Shown here in pieces: positions 46,048 to 55,947 of a DNA stretch of 64,000 bases; the first letter of the stretch is position 1; each line of letters starts with the position of its first letter. Under the pieces are notes generated by a model. That model had not been told where the DNA came from. It did not search any database and saw only the letters and a program-made list of their open reading frames with translations. Source of the stretch: Fibrobacteria bacterium. GTDB lineage: Bacteria > Fibrobacterota > Fibrobacteria > UBA11236 > JADFYW01. The stretch covers positions 1 through 64,000 of the forward strand of contig JBNKOC010000007.1 of the NCBI GenBank assembly GCA_050294405.1, in the 5' to 3' direction. Both the position numbers and the translations under genes were made by a program.

Positions 46048-47553
46048 TTAAAACCTAATATCTTTTCCTAACGAATATTTAAGGATATGTGACTTCGTTC
46101 CATGATCTAATCGAATTAGAGATAATTCTGTCGGACCTAGAGTTAAACTAAAACTAGTTTTATTTGTTGTTGCATTGTAACTGGATCCAGTCACTTTCGA
46201 CCATGTCCCACTCTTAGTAATATCTTGAGACAAAACCAACGGAACTATTTTTCCATTTACCAGCAAATTTTGTGTTTTAGTATTCGATAAATTTTTATTC
46301 AATACCATTATGTAGTTAACCGTTTTGTCATTAAAAACTCCAATGGCTATATTATCATCTAGTGCAAGGTTTCCAATTGCAGGGGTATTTATATTTGGTG
46401 TGGGTAAACCTTGTTCAAGGCTATTTGGGTCAATATCACTGCCGTGAACCGTTGTTATCCAGGTTAGCTTCATTAAAGTGGGACCCATTGATTTCACATT
46501 GTTATTTACGGTCTTCAGTAAATTATATATAGAGCCATCAGAGCTAGGTGTCCCATAAAAAATAGCATCATTATTGTCATTGGGTTTTTCATATACATAC
46601 CAAAGCAATGCTTTAGCACCATAAATTAGGTTAGAATATGCATAGTATTGAAGACTTTCAAGCGTTGGGCGAACACTCCATCTTATATCGGATAGACCCG
46701 TATTTGGGTCAATAAAAATAATATCTTCCTCCACTGATGATCCAAAAGAACCCCACATCTGCTTTCCAGTTTTTTGCGCTTCACCGGCAAACAATTCCAA
46801 ATGTCTGTAAAAAGAAACGGTATTATCTTCAGCATTTGGCATCGCAAAATATGACGTTGTTAACGGAAGTTCCCTTATCGTATTAGTCTGCATTTTGTAG
46901 TTTAATACATAGTAATCAAAATTAAGAATATTTGTATTTGGGTCGCTAGCATAGGCGTGCACATGTGAAACATATCCTGCCCAATTTTGATTCGCAGTCC
47001 CATCAACAACCCAAGAAGCGCCTAAAGTCCCAAACACCATACGGGTTGGATCAATGTTTTTTATTAAACTTGCTATATTCAAGCTAAAATTAAGATCAGC
47101 TTCCAAATTAACCCCGTTTGGCTCATGAGTATTGTAATAACCATATAGTGCATCACTCATACTGCCAGTTAACCCTGTATATATACTCATACTTCGATTT
47201 AAACCATAGAAGGGCAAGGTAGGATTTGTCCTAACAAATTCATCATTTACTACCATTCTCAGGGCTAAATAGCCTTTACTAGTATTAAAGTCCGCTACAC
47301 GTTCTAGTATGTATTGATTATTCACATCCCGAACCTCGGGCCAATAACTATTATTTGTACTAGACCCTGTTAACAAATTAAAACCTGCCTCATAATATTT
47401 ATTTAAAGCAGTTATATCTTGTGTAACATCGTTGGTAAAATTTGGATCCCAATGGCAACCAATCATAAATTCATCTTGCTGCCATTGTGAAATTCCAAGA
47501 GAGATTATAATTAAGGGACTTAGGAATAACTTCATTAATGTAGTGTATGTCAT
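46048..47553 (-). CDS. Secreted glycoside-hydrolase-like TIM-barrel protein, family unassigned
   Basis: Signal peptide; EFMIG, GFNL, YGYYNTHEP, FDYY, YSNLIYGAKALLWYVY; C-terminal beta-sandwich. Confidence 0.55.
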   Translation of the reverse strand: MTYTTLMKLFLSPLIIISLGISQWQQDEFMIGCHWDPNFTNDVTQDITALNKYYEAGFNLLTGSSTNNSYWPEVRDVNNQYILERVADFNTSKGYLALRMVVNDEFVRTNPTLPFYGLNRSMSIYTGLTGSMSDALYGYYNTHEPNGVNLEADLNFSLNIASLIKNIDPTRMVFGTLGASWVVDGTANQNWAGYVSHVHAYASDPNTNILNFDYYVLNYKMQTNTIRELPLTTSYFAMPNAEDNTVSFYRHLELFAGEAQKTGKQMWGSFGSSVEEDIIFIDPNTGLSDIRWSVRPTLESLQYYAYSNLIYGAKALLWYVYEKPNDNNDAIFYGTPSSDGSIYNLLKTVNNNVKSMGPTLMKLTWITTVHGSDIDPNSLEQGLPTPNINTPAIGNLALDDNIAIGVFNDKTVNYIMVLNKNLSNTKTQNLLVNGKIVPLVLSQDITKSGTWSKVTGSSYNATTNKTSFSLTLGPTELSLIRLDHGTKSHILKYSLGKDIRF

Positions 47554-47577
47554 ATTATCTCCAGACTGAAATTTCTA

Positions 47578-47907
47578 TTAATGAAGCACTATATCATCAA
47601 CTATCGAACCCCATAAACTGCAAGATTGGCCAGATTTCATATTAAATGAGACATCTCTGTCATCTGTCATTGCAGTCATTAACATTACGTAAAAATCTTT
47701 CCCATTTGTATCGTATAAATTTACCCGATACATTGTCTGGCATCCTGAACCAGCACTTCCTTCAATTTCAAAAAACACAACATTCCAATTTTGATATACT
47801 CTTATTGATTTGACAGAAACTGGGTCTGTATATATTTCCGCACTTGCAATCGAGAAACAACCCACGCATATGAATAATGCTGCAACTATTTTCGATAATT
47901 TTAACAT
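47578..47907 (-). CDS. Small secreted hypothetical protein
   Basis: Signal peptide ending ASA; two Cys in the mature part; AAGGA RBS. Confidence 0.7.
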   Translation of the reverse strand: MLKLSKIVAALFICVGCFSIASAEIYTDPVSVKSIRVYQNWNVVFFEIEGSAGSGCQTMYRVNLYDTNGKDFYVMLMTAMTDDRDVSFNMKSGQSCSLWGSIVDDIVLH

Positions 47908-48070
47908 AAATATTCCTTATAGTTTAAAGATTTTTAAAAACTACCCTTGTTAGAACTCCTATTTCATTTTCCCCACAAATCTATTCATGGCAATACCAAC
48001 AATGGATTCTTATTGACATAAAATTTAACGCTATCTCAGGAATTCCCAAGAACCAATTATCTTGGGCCGT

Positions 48071-48095
48071 AAAAGCCCATTAAAAATGGGCTTTT
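48071..48095. terminator. Terminator-like hairpin downstream of the response regulator
   Basis: aaaagcccat-taaaa-atgggctttt. Confidence 0.65.
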
Positions 48096-48184
48096 ATTTG
48101 GTTTACCTACAAAACCTATATATGCAACATCTTTATTGCAAAGAAAAGGATAAGGCCGGAGCAAGACCATAAGCGTTAAACAAG

Positions 48185-48838
48185 TTATAGTACTTCGTCA
48201 AACTTGTTTAACACCTCTTTCATAGTTTTTGAGGAGTTTTTTTTGAGGATATTTTCCACATGGCGTTTAATGGTAAAAATCGAAATACATAGCTTATTTG
48301 CGATTTCCTGGCGGGAAAAATTCTTTTTCAACATTCTTAAAATTTCTAATTCACGCTCAGACATCTGTTTTATTTCTAAGCGTAGTTTATCCTGGGTAGA
48401 CTTGACTTTAATTTGATCAATAAACAATTTACCTACAGTAGGGGGAATTATTACCTTGCCATTATGGACATCCTTAATAATGTCTCCAAAATTATCCAGA
48501 TTTGATTTAAGAATATATCCCATGGCACCCAACATATAACAATCGGAAATTTCATCTTCATTAACTGTCATAATGATTGATTTAACACTCTCATGTTTAT
48601 CATTTAGCCAGCGAAGAAGCTCTATTCCATCCTTTGGATTGGTTAATTCCAAATCCAATAAGGCGATATCAGGAACCTGTTTTTCGATTAACTGCTTAAA
48701 TCCTTCTACCGAGTTGGCATAGCCTAAAAACTTGATGTTTTCCTGCTCCGAAATCACTTTCTCCACGGTTAGGCAGAAGTATTTATTGTCTTCCGCCATG
48801 GCCACAGTTACAACAGACTTGTTAGAAAAATTTCCCAT
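48185..48838 (-). CDS. NarL/LuxR family response regulator
   Basis: MAEDN, PDIALLDLEL, GAMGYILK; MSERELEIL...QEIANKLCISIFTIKRHVENILKK. Confidence 0.92.
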   Translation of the reverse strand: MGNFSNKSVVTVAMAEDNKYFCLTVEKVISEQENIKFLGYANSVEGFKQLIEKQVPDIALLDLELTNPKDGIELLRWLNDKHESVKSIIMTVNEDEISDCYMLGAMGYILKSNLDNFGDIIKDVHNGKVIIPPTVGKLFIDQIKVKSTQDKLRLEIKQMSERELEILRMLKKNFSRQEIANKLCISIFTIKRHVENILKKNSSKTMKEVLNKFDEVL

Positions 48839-49166
48839 TTTAATTTTCTTTAGAGATCAGCAAAAAATAGCAAAAATCTGAATAAAATAAGGAGATTGTA
48901 TAGTAGCTGCTCCATTAATGGTTTTTGAGGGTTTTAGTGCTATTTTTAGCCAAATTTCATCATTTGGGGAAGTAAGAGTGGGAGTCTTACACATTTAAAC
49001 CGCTTAAGGCCATATAAAACCACGATAGCAACGGATAGACATGGCGAGCTAATGAGCGTCAAACTCCAACTTAGACAAAATGGCTTCATCTGAATATTAT
49101 TTCTCCAAACTACCTCAGTTATAGGAATTACTAATCCTTCAATAAACCAAAGTTCAAAATCAGCTC

Positions 49167-50621
49167 ATGCTATTAGAAATTTTTAAAGTTATTTGCGCTA
49201 TGATCATGGTCATAGGAATCCTTTTTGTTTTTATTGAGCTAAAGGTAAAATATGACAGGAGTTTTATTTTCGTTGGTATTACTTTATTATTCCTTGGTAT
49301 GTTCCTTAGCGTGGATTTTTGGTTTCTGCCCTATTTTAAAGAAATAGGAAACACTCAATTGTATTTTTTCAATTTTAATTTTCAGCATATTATTGTGTGC
49401 ATGTTAATCCCTTTTCAAATCAAATACATTCTCATGTTGACTAAAACAGCATCAAAACTGCATTTAAGGACACATGTTTTTTTATCCAGTCTTTTTGGAG
49501 TGTTATTTGTTTCAGGAAAAATGGGAGAAATGGGAGACGACTTTATAGTTTATACTAACATTATTTATGATTTCTTTTTTTCATCGTATATCATTTATAT
49601 TTTCTTTTTTTTCATCGTTTTACTGATTAAAAGTTTAAACAATGCCTTAGCTTTTGATAGAAAAATAATTTTATATCACATTGCCGGAATTTCTCTCCTT
49701 TTTATTTCAGGTATTGCAGATTTACTGGTGGTGGTTCTGAGAACAAACCCCGATTTACCAAGTTTTGCGATTTTTGGAGTATCCATATTTGGATTACTGA
49801 TCACCTGGGTTTTTTCTGAAAAATTCGTACAACTCCGTCTGGAAAAGTCCCTCGCAATCCAGAAATTGGATATAGAGTCGTCCCAAAAACAAAAAATTCA
49901 AGATATGTATACCAAGCTCTCTCAATCTGAACGCATGAGAGAACTCCTCTCGAGTATGATATTACATGACATTAAAAACCTCGATGCTGTAATTGAGGCA
50001 AATCTTAGAATTATAAAGAACAAAACTAAAAATATTCCAGATGCGCAATACCACGCAAATATTGCTACACAAGGATGTACAGAAATCATTTCCATGGCGT
50101 CAAACTTACTTGATGTAAATAAGATAGACGAGGGAAAGCTGGAAATCAATCGAACCCGTATCACTTCAGCTAGGCTGGTTGATGTCATAAAGCAAACAGC
50201 CAATGGATACCTACTTGATGAAATGGAGCTTGATTTTGAATTAGTTCCTCCAGACAAAAAATTTGAAATATGTTGGGACGCATATCTTCTCAAAAGGGTT
50301 GTACAAAACCTACTCAACAACGCCTTTAAATATACCCCAAAAGGGGGGAACATTAAAGTTCTGTTTAGCTTTGATAATTCTCAACCAACTTTAAGCATCT
50401 TTAACTCCGGCTCACCTATTCCAGAAGACAAGAAGGATTTAATTTTTGAAAGGTACTACAAAGTAGAAAAGGGAAGTTCACATTATTCCAAAGGTCTGGG
50501 ACTTTTTTTCTGCAAAATGGTGGTGGAAGAACACAGGGATAAGATTTGGGTGGAGAGTTCTGAAAAGGGGAATTTTTTTAGAATCAATTTTAATGGTAAT
50601 GAAAACACAACCACCATTTAA
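49167..50621 (+). CDS. Membrane sensor histidine kinase with ~7-TM input domain
   Basis: Hydrophobic N-terminal 215 aa; MILHDIKN, NLLNNAFKYT, IFERYY, KGLGLFFCK. Confidence 0.9.
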   Translation: MLLEIFKVICAMIMVIGILFVFIELKVKYDRSFIFVGITLLFLGMFLSVDFWFLPYFKEIGNTQLYFFNFNFQHIIVCMLIPFQIKYILMLTKTASKLHLRTHVFLSSLFGVLFVSGKMGEMGDDFIVYTNIIYDFFFSSYIIYIFFFFIVLLIKSLNNALAFDRKIILYHIAGISLLFISGIADLLVVVLRTNPDLPSFAIFGVSIFGLLITWVFSEKFVQLRLEKSLAIQKLDIESSQKQKIQDMYTKLSQSERMRELLSSMILHDIKNLDAVIEANLRIIKNKTKNIPDAQYHANIATQGCTEIISMASNLLDVNKIDEGKLEINRTRITSARLVDVIKQTANGYLLDEMELDFELVPPDKKFEICWDAYLLKRVVQNLLNNAFKYTPKGGNIKVLFSFDNSQPTLSIFNSGSPIPEDKKDLIFERYYKVEKGSSHYSKGLGLFFCKMVVEEHRDKIWVESSEKGNFFRINFNGNENTTTI

Positions 50622-50668
50622 TTTTAAAACCACAACTATTTATAATTTCCTAATAGCACGGGCAGCAT

Positions 50669-52093
50669 TTAAACTTCCATTTTCTTCCATCCCCCACGGG
50701 AAAAAAGCCATAGGGTAAACAAGCCCACAGATGTTTCAGAAATGAAACATCCCCAAAAGACTCCCAAATGTTCCCAACCAAAATGCATGGCTAATGTATA
50801 GGAAAGAGGAATTTGAATAATCCAGAAAAAAACCAGGTTAATTAAGGTTGGGGTTTTTGTATCTCCCGCTCCATTAAAAGCTTGAACGGATACCATCCAC
50901 CATCCATATACAAAATAGGAATAAGAAAGAATTTTCAGCCACTCGGCTCCTATTTTAATGACAGCTTCATCCTGGGAAAAGATAAAAATCAGTTCCCGGT
51001 TAAATAGGAAGTATACAAGAGATACAACCAGCAAAAACAACATATTTATAAAGCCAATTATCCACACGGAAGACTCAGCCCTTTGAGCATTTTTCGCCCC
51101 TAAGTTTTGACCCACTAGAGTTGCAGCCGCATTGGAAAGCCCCCAGGCGGGCATCAATGTAAACATCATAATCCTAACAGAAATGGTTGCTCCAGCCACG
51201 GCGGAACTTCCCAAACTAGCTAAAATCCGCATTAGAAAAACCCAGGAAGTGGTCGCCAGCATCATTTGTCCCATTCCGCCCAAAGATGTCTTAAACAAGT
51301 TTAAAAGAATCTTACCATCCCATTTTAGATGCTCCCTTTTTACTCTTATGTGTTTCCCACCTTTAAATAAAATCCAGAGCTGCATAACGACTCCGACCCC
51401 ACGTCCGATATTAGTGGCCATAGCAGCGCCCTCGATTCCAAAAGCAGGAATGGGACCAAATCCAAAAATAAGCAGAGGGTCCAAAACTATATTTAAGCCA
51501 TTGGCTACCCAAAGCACCTTCATAGCAATGGCAGCGTCCCCTGCCCCTCTGAAAATGGCATTAATAACAAAGATGCAAATAATAACCGCGTTCCCCCCTA
51601 ACATCCAGAGGGTATATTTATAACCCACATCCACCGCCCAGGCATCAGCCCCCATTAGCCGTAACAAGTCCTGAGAAAAAAACAGGCCCACCAGAGCAAA
51701 GGGGATGGAAGCTAATATTGCGTACACAATCGCCTGGACGGCTGTAACACCGGCCTCAGCCCTATTATTTTCACCAATACGCCTGGAAACCAGAGCAGTA
51801 ACTGCCGTAGCTAAACCCATAGCCACAGAATACAGCAAAAACATAAAGGTTTCGGTTATACCCACTGTCGCCACTGCGGATGGGCCAAGCTTCCCCACAA
51901 AGAATATGTCTACTACTGCAAAACTGGACTCCATAACCAATTCCAAAATCATGGGTATGGCTAAAAGGAAAATAGCCCTACCCAAGGGGATTTTTGTGTA
52001 GTCTGCTTCTGTTCCCCGGATAGCTGCAACTAAATCTTTCCAAAAACCAGTTTTTGAATTATTTGGATATTCTGTTTCTGTAAAATTTTGCAT
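50669..52093 (-). CDS. MATE family efflux transporter
   Basis: LAIPMILE, VDIFFVGKLG, FRGAGD, NIVLDPLLIFG, FNGAGDTKTP; 12 TM. Confidence 0.93.
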   Translation of the reverse strand: MQNFTETEYPNNSKTGFWKDLVAAIRGTEADYTKIPLGRAIFLLAIPMILELVMESSFAVVDIFFVGKLGPSAVATVGITETFMFLLYSVAMGLATAVTALVSRRIGENNRAEAGVTAVQAIVYAILASIPFALVGLFFSQDLLRLMGADAWAVDVGYKYTLWMLGGNAVIICIFVINAIFRGAGDAAIAMKVLWVANGLNIVLDPLLIFGFGPIPAFGIEGAAMATNIGRGVGVVMQLWILFKGGKHIRVKREHLKWDGKILLNLFKTSLGGMGQMMLATTSWVFLMRILASLGSSAVAGATISVRIMMFTLMPAWGLSNAAATLVGQNLGAKNAQRAESSVWIIGFINMLFLLVVSLVYFLFNRELIFIFSQDEAVIKIGAEWLKILSYSYFVYGWWMVSVQAFNGAGDTKTPTLINLVFFWIIQIPLSYTLAMHFGWEHLGVFWGCFISETSVGLFTLWLFSRGGWKKMEV

Positions 52094-52220
52094 AAGAGGG
52101 CTAATATAATTTAAAGCTGCAGAAATTGGCTTTATATGAATAAACTAATAGTTTGTTTTTGGGTTTAGTGGATACACCCCTTAACCAAAAAAAGGCCTTT
52201 TTAAACAAGGGAATCAAACT

Positions 52221-53324
52221 TTGCCTTCGAAACTTAGCCAAAACATTTACTGTTGGGGCCTAATGGGTTTAACCCTTTTATTTAGCGCATGTATATTGAA
52301 TGAACAAGGGGAAGATATTCCCCAAAGCAATTTTAATTTACAGCTGTTGGTTAATGCAGAAAACCCCATTCGAAGCTGGCGACCTTATCCCTATAATAAA
52401 AGTCTGGTGGGTCTGAAATTTGCGTTTAGAAGTACAGATTATGTTGCGGAAACAGACAGCAACATGGCGCGCTTTAACAATGAAACGAATCGCTTACCAG
52501 CTATGGCAGGGGCCTATTTTGATTTGTCCAGCAAGGCAGAAAACCTGGAAGTTTTCCTAAACAGCCTGGATAGCTACCGCACTATCCCATACATTAGCCT
52601 GGACCCTAAAGATTGGGACGAACCTGATATAGCCTACCAAAAAACCTTTTTGAGCTTGATTTTAGCAGGCCAGTTTGACAGCCAATTAATAACCTTTGCC
52701 GAAACAATAAAAAACTTCTCCAAATTGGTTTTACTGCGTTTTGGCCACGAGATGAATGGAAATTGGTACCCCTATTTTGGCGGAGGCGATGCCAATGCCG
52801 ATGGAAAGGCTGATGGTCCAGATGTATTTATTCAAACCTGGAGATATGTATATCAATTGTTTGAAAACCAGGGAGTAGAAAATACTCTCTGGGTATTTTG
52901 CCCGGCTGCACACGATTATCCAGCCCAAAACTGGAACCGGCCTTTTAAATATTACCCTGGCCATGATTATGTGGATCTAATTGCAACAGATGTATATGAA
53001 CATGAGGAAAATGGGACCCAAAATCTTAGGGATGCCTTAGGATACTTTTACAACGAAATGGGCCTTTTTTATGAAGAGCAGTGGGCAAAAGGAGATTCCA
53101 CCATAAAACCTTTTGGCCTTGGAGAATTTGGCACAAATCGAAAAAGTGTAGAAAGTAAAGCGGTTTGGTATAAGGAAGCCTTAGAGATAATTGCCGCGGA
53201 TGCCCGCATTCAATTTCATTTTTTATACAATGAAAAAAACGGTGTAGATGACTTTTCCATTACCGGCCTGGGAGAAGACATTAAAAAGGCATACGAAAAG
53301 ACGGCTTTCCAATTTCAGCTTTAA
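52221..53324 (+). CDS. GH26 (beta-mannanase-like) lipoprotein
   Basis: LRFGHEMNGNWYPY, YYPGHDYVDLIATDVY, KPFGLGEFG; lipobox FSAC. Confidence 0.87.
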   Translation: MPSKLSQNIYCWGLMGLTLLFSACILNEQGEDIPQSNFNLQLLVNAENPIRSWRPYPYNKSLVGLKFAFRSTDYVAETDSNMARFNNETNRLPAMAGAYFDLSSKAENLEVFLNSLDSYRTIPYISLDPKDWDEPDIAYQKTFLSLILAGQFDSQLITFAETIKNFSKLVLLRFGHEMNGNWYPYFGGGDANADGKADGPDVFIQTWRYVYQLFENQGVENTLWVFCPAAHDYPAQNWNRPFKYYPGHDYVDLIATDVYEHEENGTQNLRDALGYFYNEMGLFYEEQWAKGDSTIKPFGLGEFGTNRKSVESKAVWYKEALEIIAADARIQFHFLYNEKNGVDDFSITGLGEDIKKAYEKTAFQFQL

Positions 53325-53545
53325 AAAGCTCAAAATAATTATTGCTGGGTATCAAAAAACTCAAATTTTCAAGGCAATCCTTGTAAAGCTATGGAACAGC
53401 TTTTTTTCCTTCTTTAATACAGTTAAAATTGAAGAGAATGGTAAAATAATCGAATATTAATTCCGTTATTTACAGCAGTTAGGCGCTATTAAAATTAAAA
53501 AGAAAGAAGTTACTGTGCTCAGTTGCTTTTATTCAGGAGGCTCAC

Positions 53546-53992
53546 ATGCCCAAATTTCTGATTGTAGATGATGAAATTGTGAACACATTATTGTTGGAAA
53601 AGATTCTTGCAAATTTTGGAGAATGTATAAGTGCGAACTCGGGCGAAGAAGCATTAACCGAAATTGAAAATGAAATAAAAGCCGAGAGCCACTTTGATAT
53701 TATCTTTTTGGATATTATGATGCCAAACCTGGATGGCCATGAATTGCTGCAAAGATTGCGGAAAACTGAGAACGAAAACAATTCTCCTAAATCCATTGTA
53801 ATGATGGTTTCAGCTCTGGACGATGCGGATACTGTGCTTCAATCTTTTATTTATGATTGCCAGGAATATATTACGAAACCCGTCCGCAAGGCCACAATTG
53901 TTGAGAAAATCCAAAAGTACGGTTTTTTTCCATGCTCCAAAATTCCTTTGGAAAAAGAAAGCATGGATTATTTTAACAATCCTTTATATTGA
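53546..53992 (+). CDS. Single-domain response regulator (CheY-like)
   Basis: LIVDDE, FDIIFLDIMMPNLDG, MVSAL, YITKP; AGGAGG RBS. Confidence 0.92.
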   Translation: MPKFLIVDDEIVNTLLLEKILANFGECISANSGEEALTEIENEIKAESHFDIIFLDIMMPNLDGHELLQRLRKTENENNSPKSIVMMVSALDDADTVLQSFIYDCQEYITKPVRKATIVEKIQKYGFFPCSKIPLEKESMDYFNNPLY

Positions 53993-53993
53993 A

Positions 53994-55679
53994 TTACAAC
54001 TGGATGTTAATGGTACTTGCAGTACTGGCTCCGATTTTCAATCTTGCCAAATAATGCCCAGAGCTTAAATAATGAGGCAACTTAATTTGGTGAAACCCCG
54101 AATGTTTATAGCCTGCATGAAGAGTTGTTTTAATTTTGCCTTTTGAATCCAATATTTCAAGCTTTACGAAACGGCCTTTGTCCAAATTGAAGCTCAGCCA
54201 TTTCCCATTTTGGGCCAATAATTGATTTCCATTAACCTTCCCGACATAGGGCTTTTTATTGGAGACAATATCAACTGAATCATTCAATACCATAAATTGA
54301 TATAGGCTGTATCCGCTGTTTGTTCCCCGTTCAACACCCTGCATCCTTACATAACGGGCATTGGTTTTTTCAAAAGTTTCATCAGTTATGGAGCGCGCGC
54401 CTCCCGCAGAAGTGCTAAATACATCTGCCCATTCACTTTCATCAGAAGATACCTGTATCTTAAAAGATTGGGCATAACTGGAATCCCATTTTAAAATTAC
54501 CCGATTAAATTCCATTTCGGATCCCAAGTCCACCTGAATCCATTCCTCATCTGAATTTGAACTGGTCCATTTTCCATTCATATAATTGCGCCAAGTTTTG
54601 GAGCTAACAATAACATCCTCCCCCATGCTGCCAAGTGAAGAAGAAGCAGTTACAGTTTTGTTTAATGCAAGATTTCGTTCTTCCTCAATAGGCCGCCAAA
54701 TGCCTGCATCGGGATCTACTTCCCAATCCTGATAGTAATTCAGCACCAGGGAATCATTTGGAGTGAATGAAACGGGCAAAAATACATAATCACCTAGCCG
54801 GGCAGGGTCTGGTTTTTCCCATCGGTCTCCCACATACATGCGCACCGTATCCTGCGGGCCGTTAAAATTGAATACGAAATCACATTGGGTATCCCAACTG
54901 TTATTAGCCGTGTTTCCCGGAACCATTACAGGTATCAGGCGGTCAGTCCAGGGACCGTCAATACTTGGAGCTGTATAATATTGAGTGGCGGTGGATTCGG
55001 TCCATAAGGTGAGAGAAGTGAGATAATAATATAACCCATTGCCCTTCATAACCAGGTTGGCTTCCCGTTGGCCCCTATCCCAAAGATGTATTCTCTCCCC
55101 CACACTCAAATAGTCAGAAGATAAGCGCGATAAAGCATGTTGGGAAATACCGCCTGAGTTGGCGCCTGGAATACTGTCCCAAACATAGGCTAAATAAGCT
55201 TGTCCATCTGTGTCCTGATAAACAGACATGTCTCCAATGTTATATCCATAAACTTTATAATTATCAATGAGTGTAAAGGGGCCTTCAGGAGCATCAGAAG
55301 TGGCTATCCCCAGCTCAGCCCCATCGCTTGCTCCGGTTTTTAAAAACATCACGTATTGTTCCGTATCCTCGTTGTATATAACATCCACACGGTTGGTACT
55401 AGGGGCTTCCAAGGCTACTCCTTCATAAGTCCAATGAAGCAGATCTTTGGAACTATAGCATGTCTGATCGGTAAAACGATTTGCGCTGCCATACCAATAG
55501 TAGGTATCGCCAAATTTTCGCATGGCGCCGCTACGGGTATTGATTTTATTACCATCCAAGTCATACATAAAAAAATCATTATGTAATGTGAGCCATTTGG
55601 CCTGGATTACAGTTGCCGATGCTAAAAAACAACTCAAAATTATGGCGAATTTAAGGCTAAAATTTCTGCTTAAAAACAT
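53994..55679 (-). CDS. Secreted GH43 (subfamily-24-like) hydrolase with F5/8 type C (CBM32) and C-terminal sorting-like domain
   Basis: YYWYG, YSSKDLLHW, DMSVYQDTDGQAYL, REA, YVGDRW; NLALNKTVTASS, WIQVDLG, ARYVRM; DSKGK...SGHYLARL tail. Confidence 0.85.
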   Translation of the reverse strand: MFLSRNFSLKFAIILSCFLASATVIQAKWLTLHNDFFMYDLDGNKINTRSGAMRKFGDTYYWYGSANRFTDQTCYSSKDLLHWTYEGVALEAPSTNRVDVIYNEDTEQYVMFLKTGASDGAELGIATSDAPEGPFTLIDNYKVYGYNIGDMSVYQDTDGQAYLAYVWDSIPGANSGGISQHALSRLSSDYLSVGERIHLWDRGQREANLVMKGNGLYYYLTSLTLWTESTATQYYTAPSIDGPWTDRLIPVMVPGNTANNSWDTQCDFVFNFNGPQDTVRMYVGDRWEKPDPARLGDYVFLPVSFTPNDSLVLNYYQDWEVDPDAGIWRPIEEERNLALNKTVTASSSLGSMGEDVIVSSKTWRNYMNGKWTSSNSDEEWIQVDLGSEMEFNRVILKWDSSYAQSFKIQVSSDESEWADVFSTSAGGARSITDETFEKTNARYVRMQGVERGTNSGYSLYQFMVLNDSVDIVSNKKPYVGKVNGNQLLAQNGKWLSFNLDKGRFVKLEILDSKGKIKTTLHAGYKHSGFHQIKLPHYLSSGHYLARLKIGASTASTINIQL

Positions 55680-55947
55680 AGTTCCCCCAATGGTTAGCAG
55701 AGCCGCCCCTTCCCAACAACTCCTGTCCTATCAGCTTGAAATTTAAAGATTTATGAGACTTTTTTCAATAAGCTTTTAACTCGTGATTCTAAAGAATTTC
55801 AAATTTAGCCTTTTATTCTTTTTTTGGCCGGTTAAAAACCCAGTCCTGTTTTTATCGGCTAAAGCCGGGAATATTCCTGCATCTCTAATTTAGCGATTTT
55901 ATAAAGGTTTACTATCTTTATATTCAGTTGTTCTTAAAAAAATAGTA

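Noticed and set aside
29747..50621. Genomic island or prophage suggested by AT-richer blocks
   Set aside because: No integrase, transposase, tRNA attachment site, flanking repeats or phage genes seen; composition was not computed
53985..54000. Convergent genes whose stops are 1 nt apart, as antisense regulation
   Set aside because: Common in compact genomes; no further evidence
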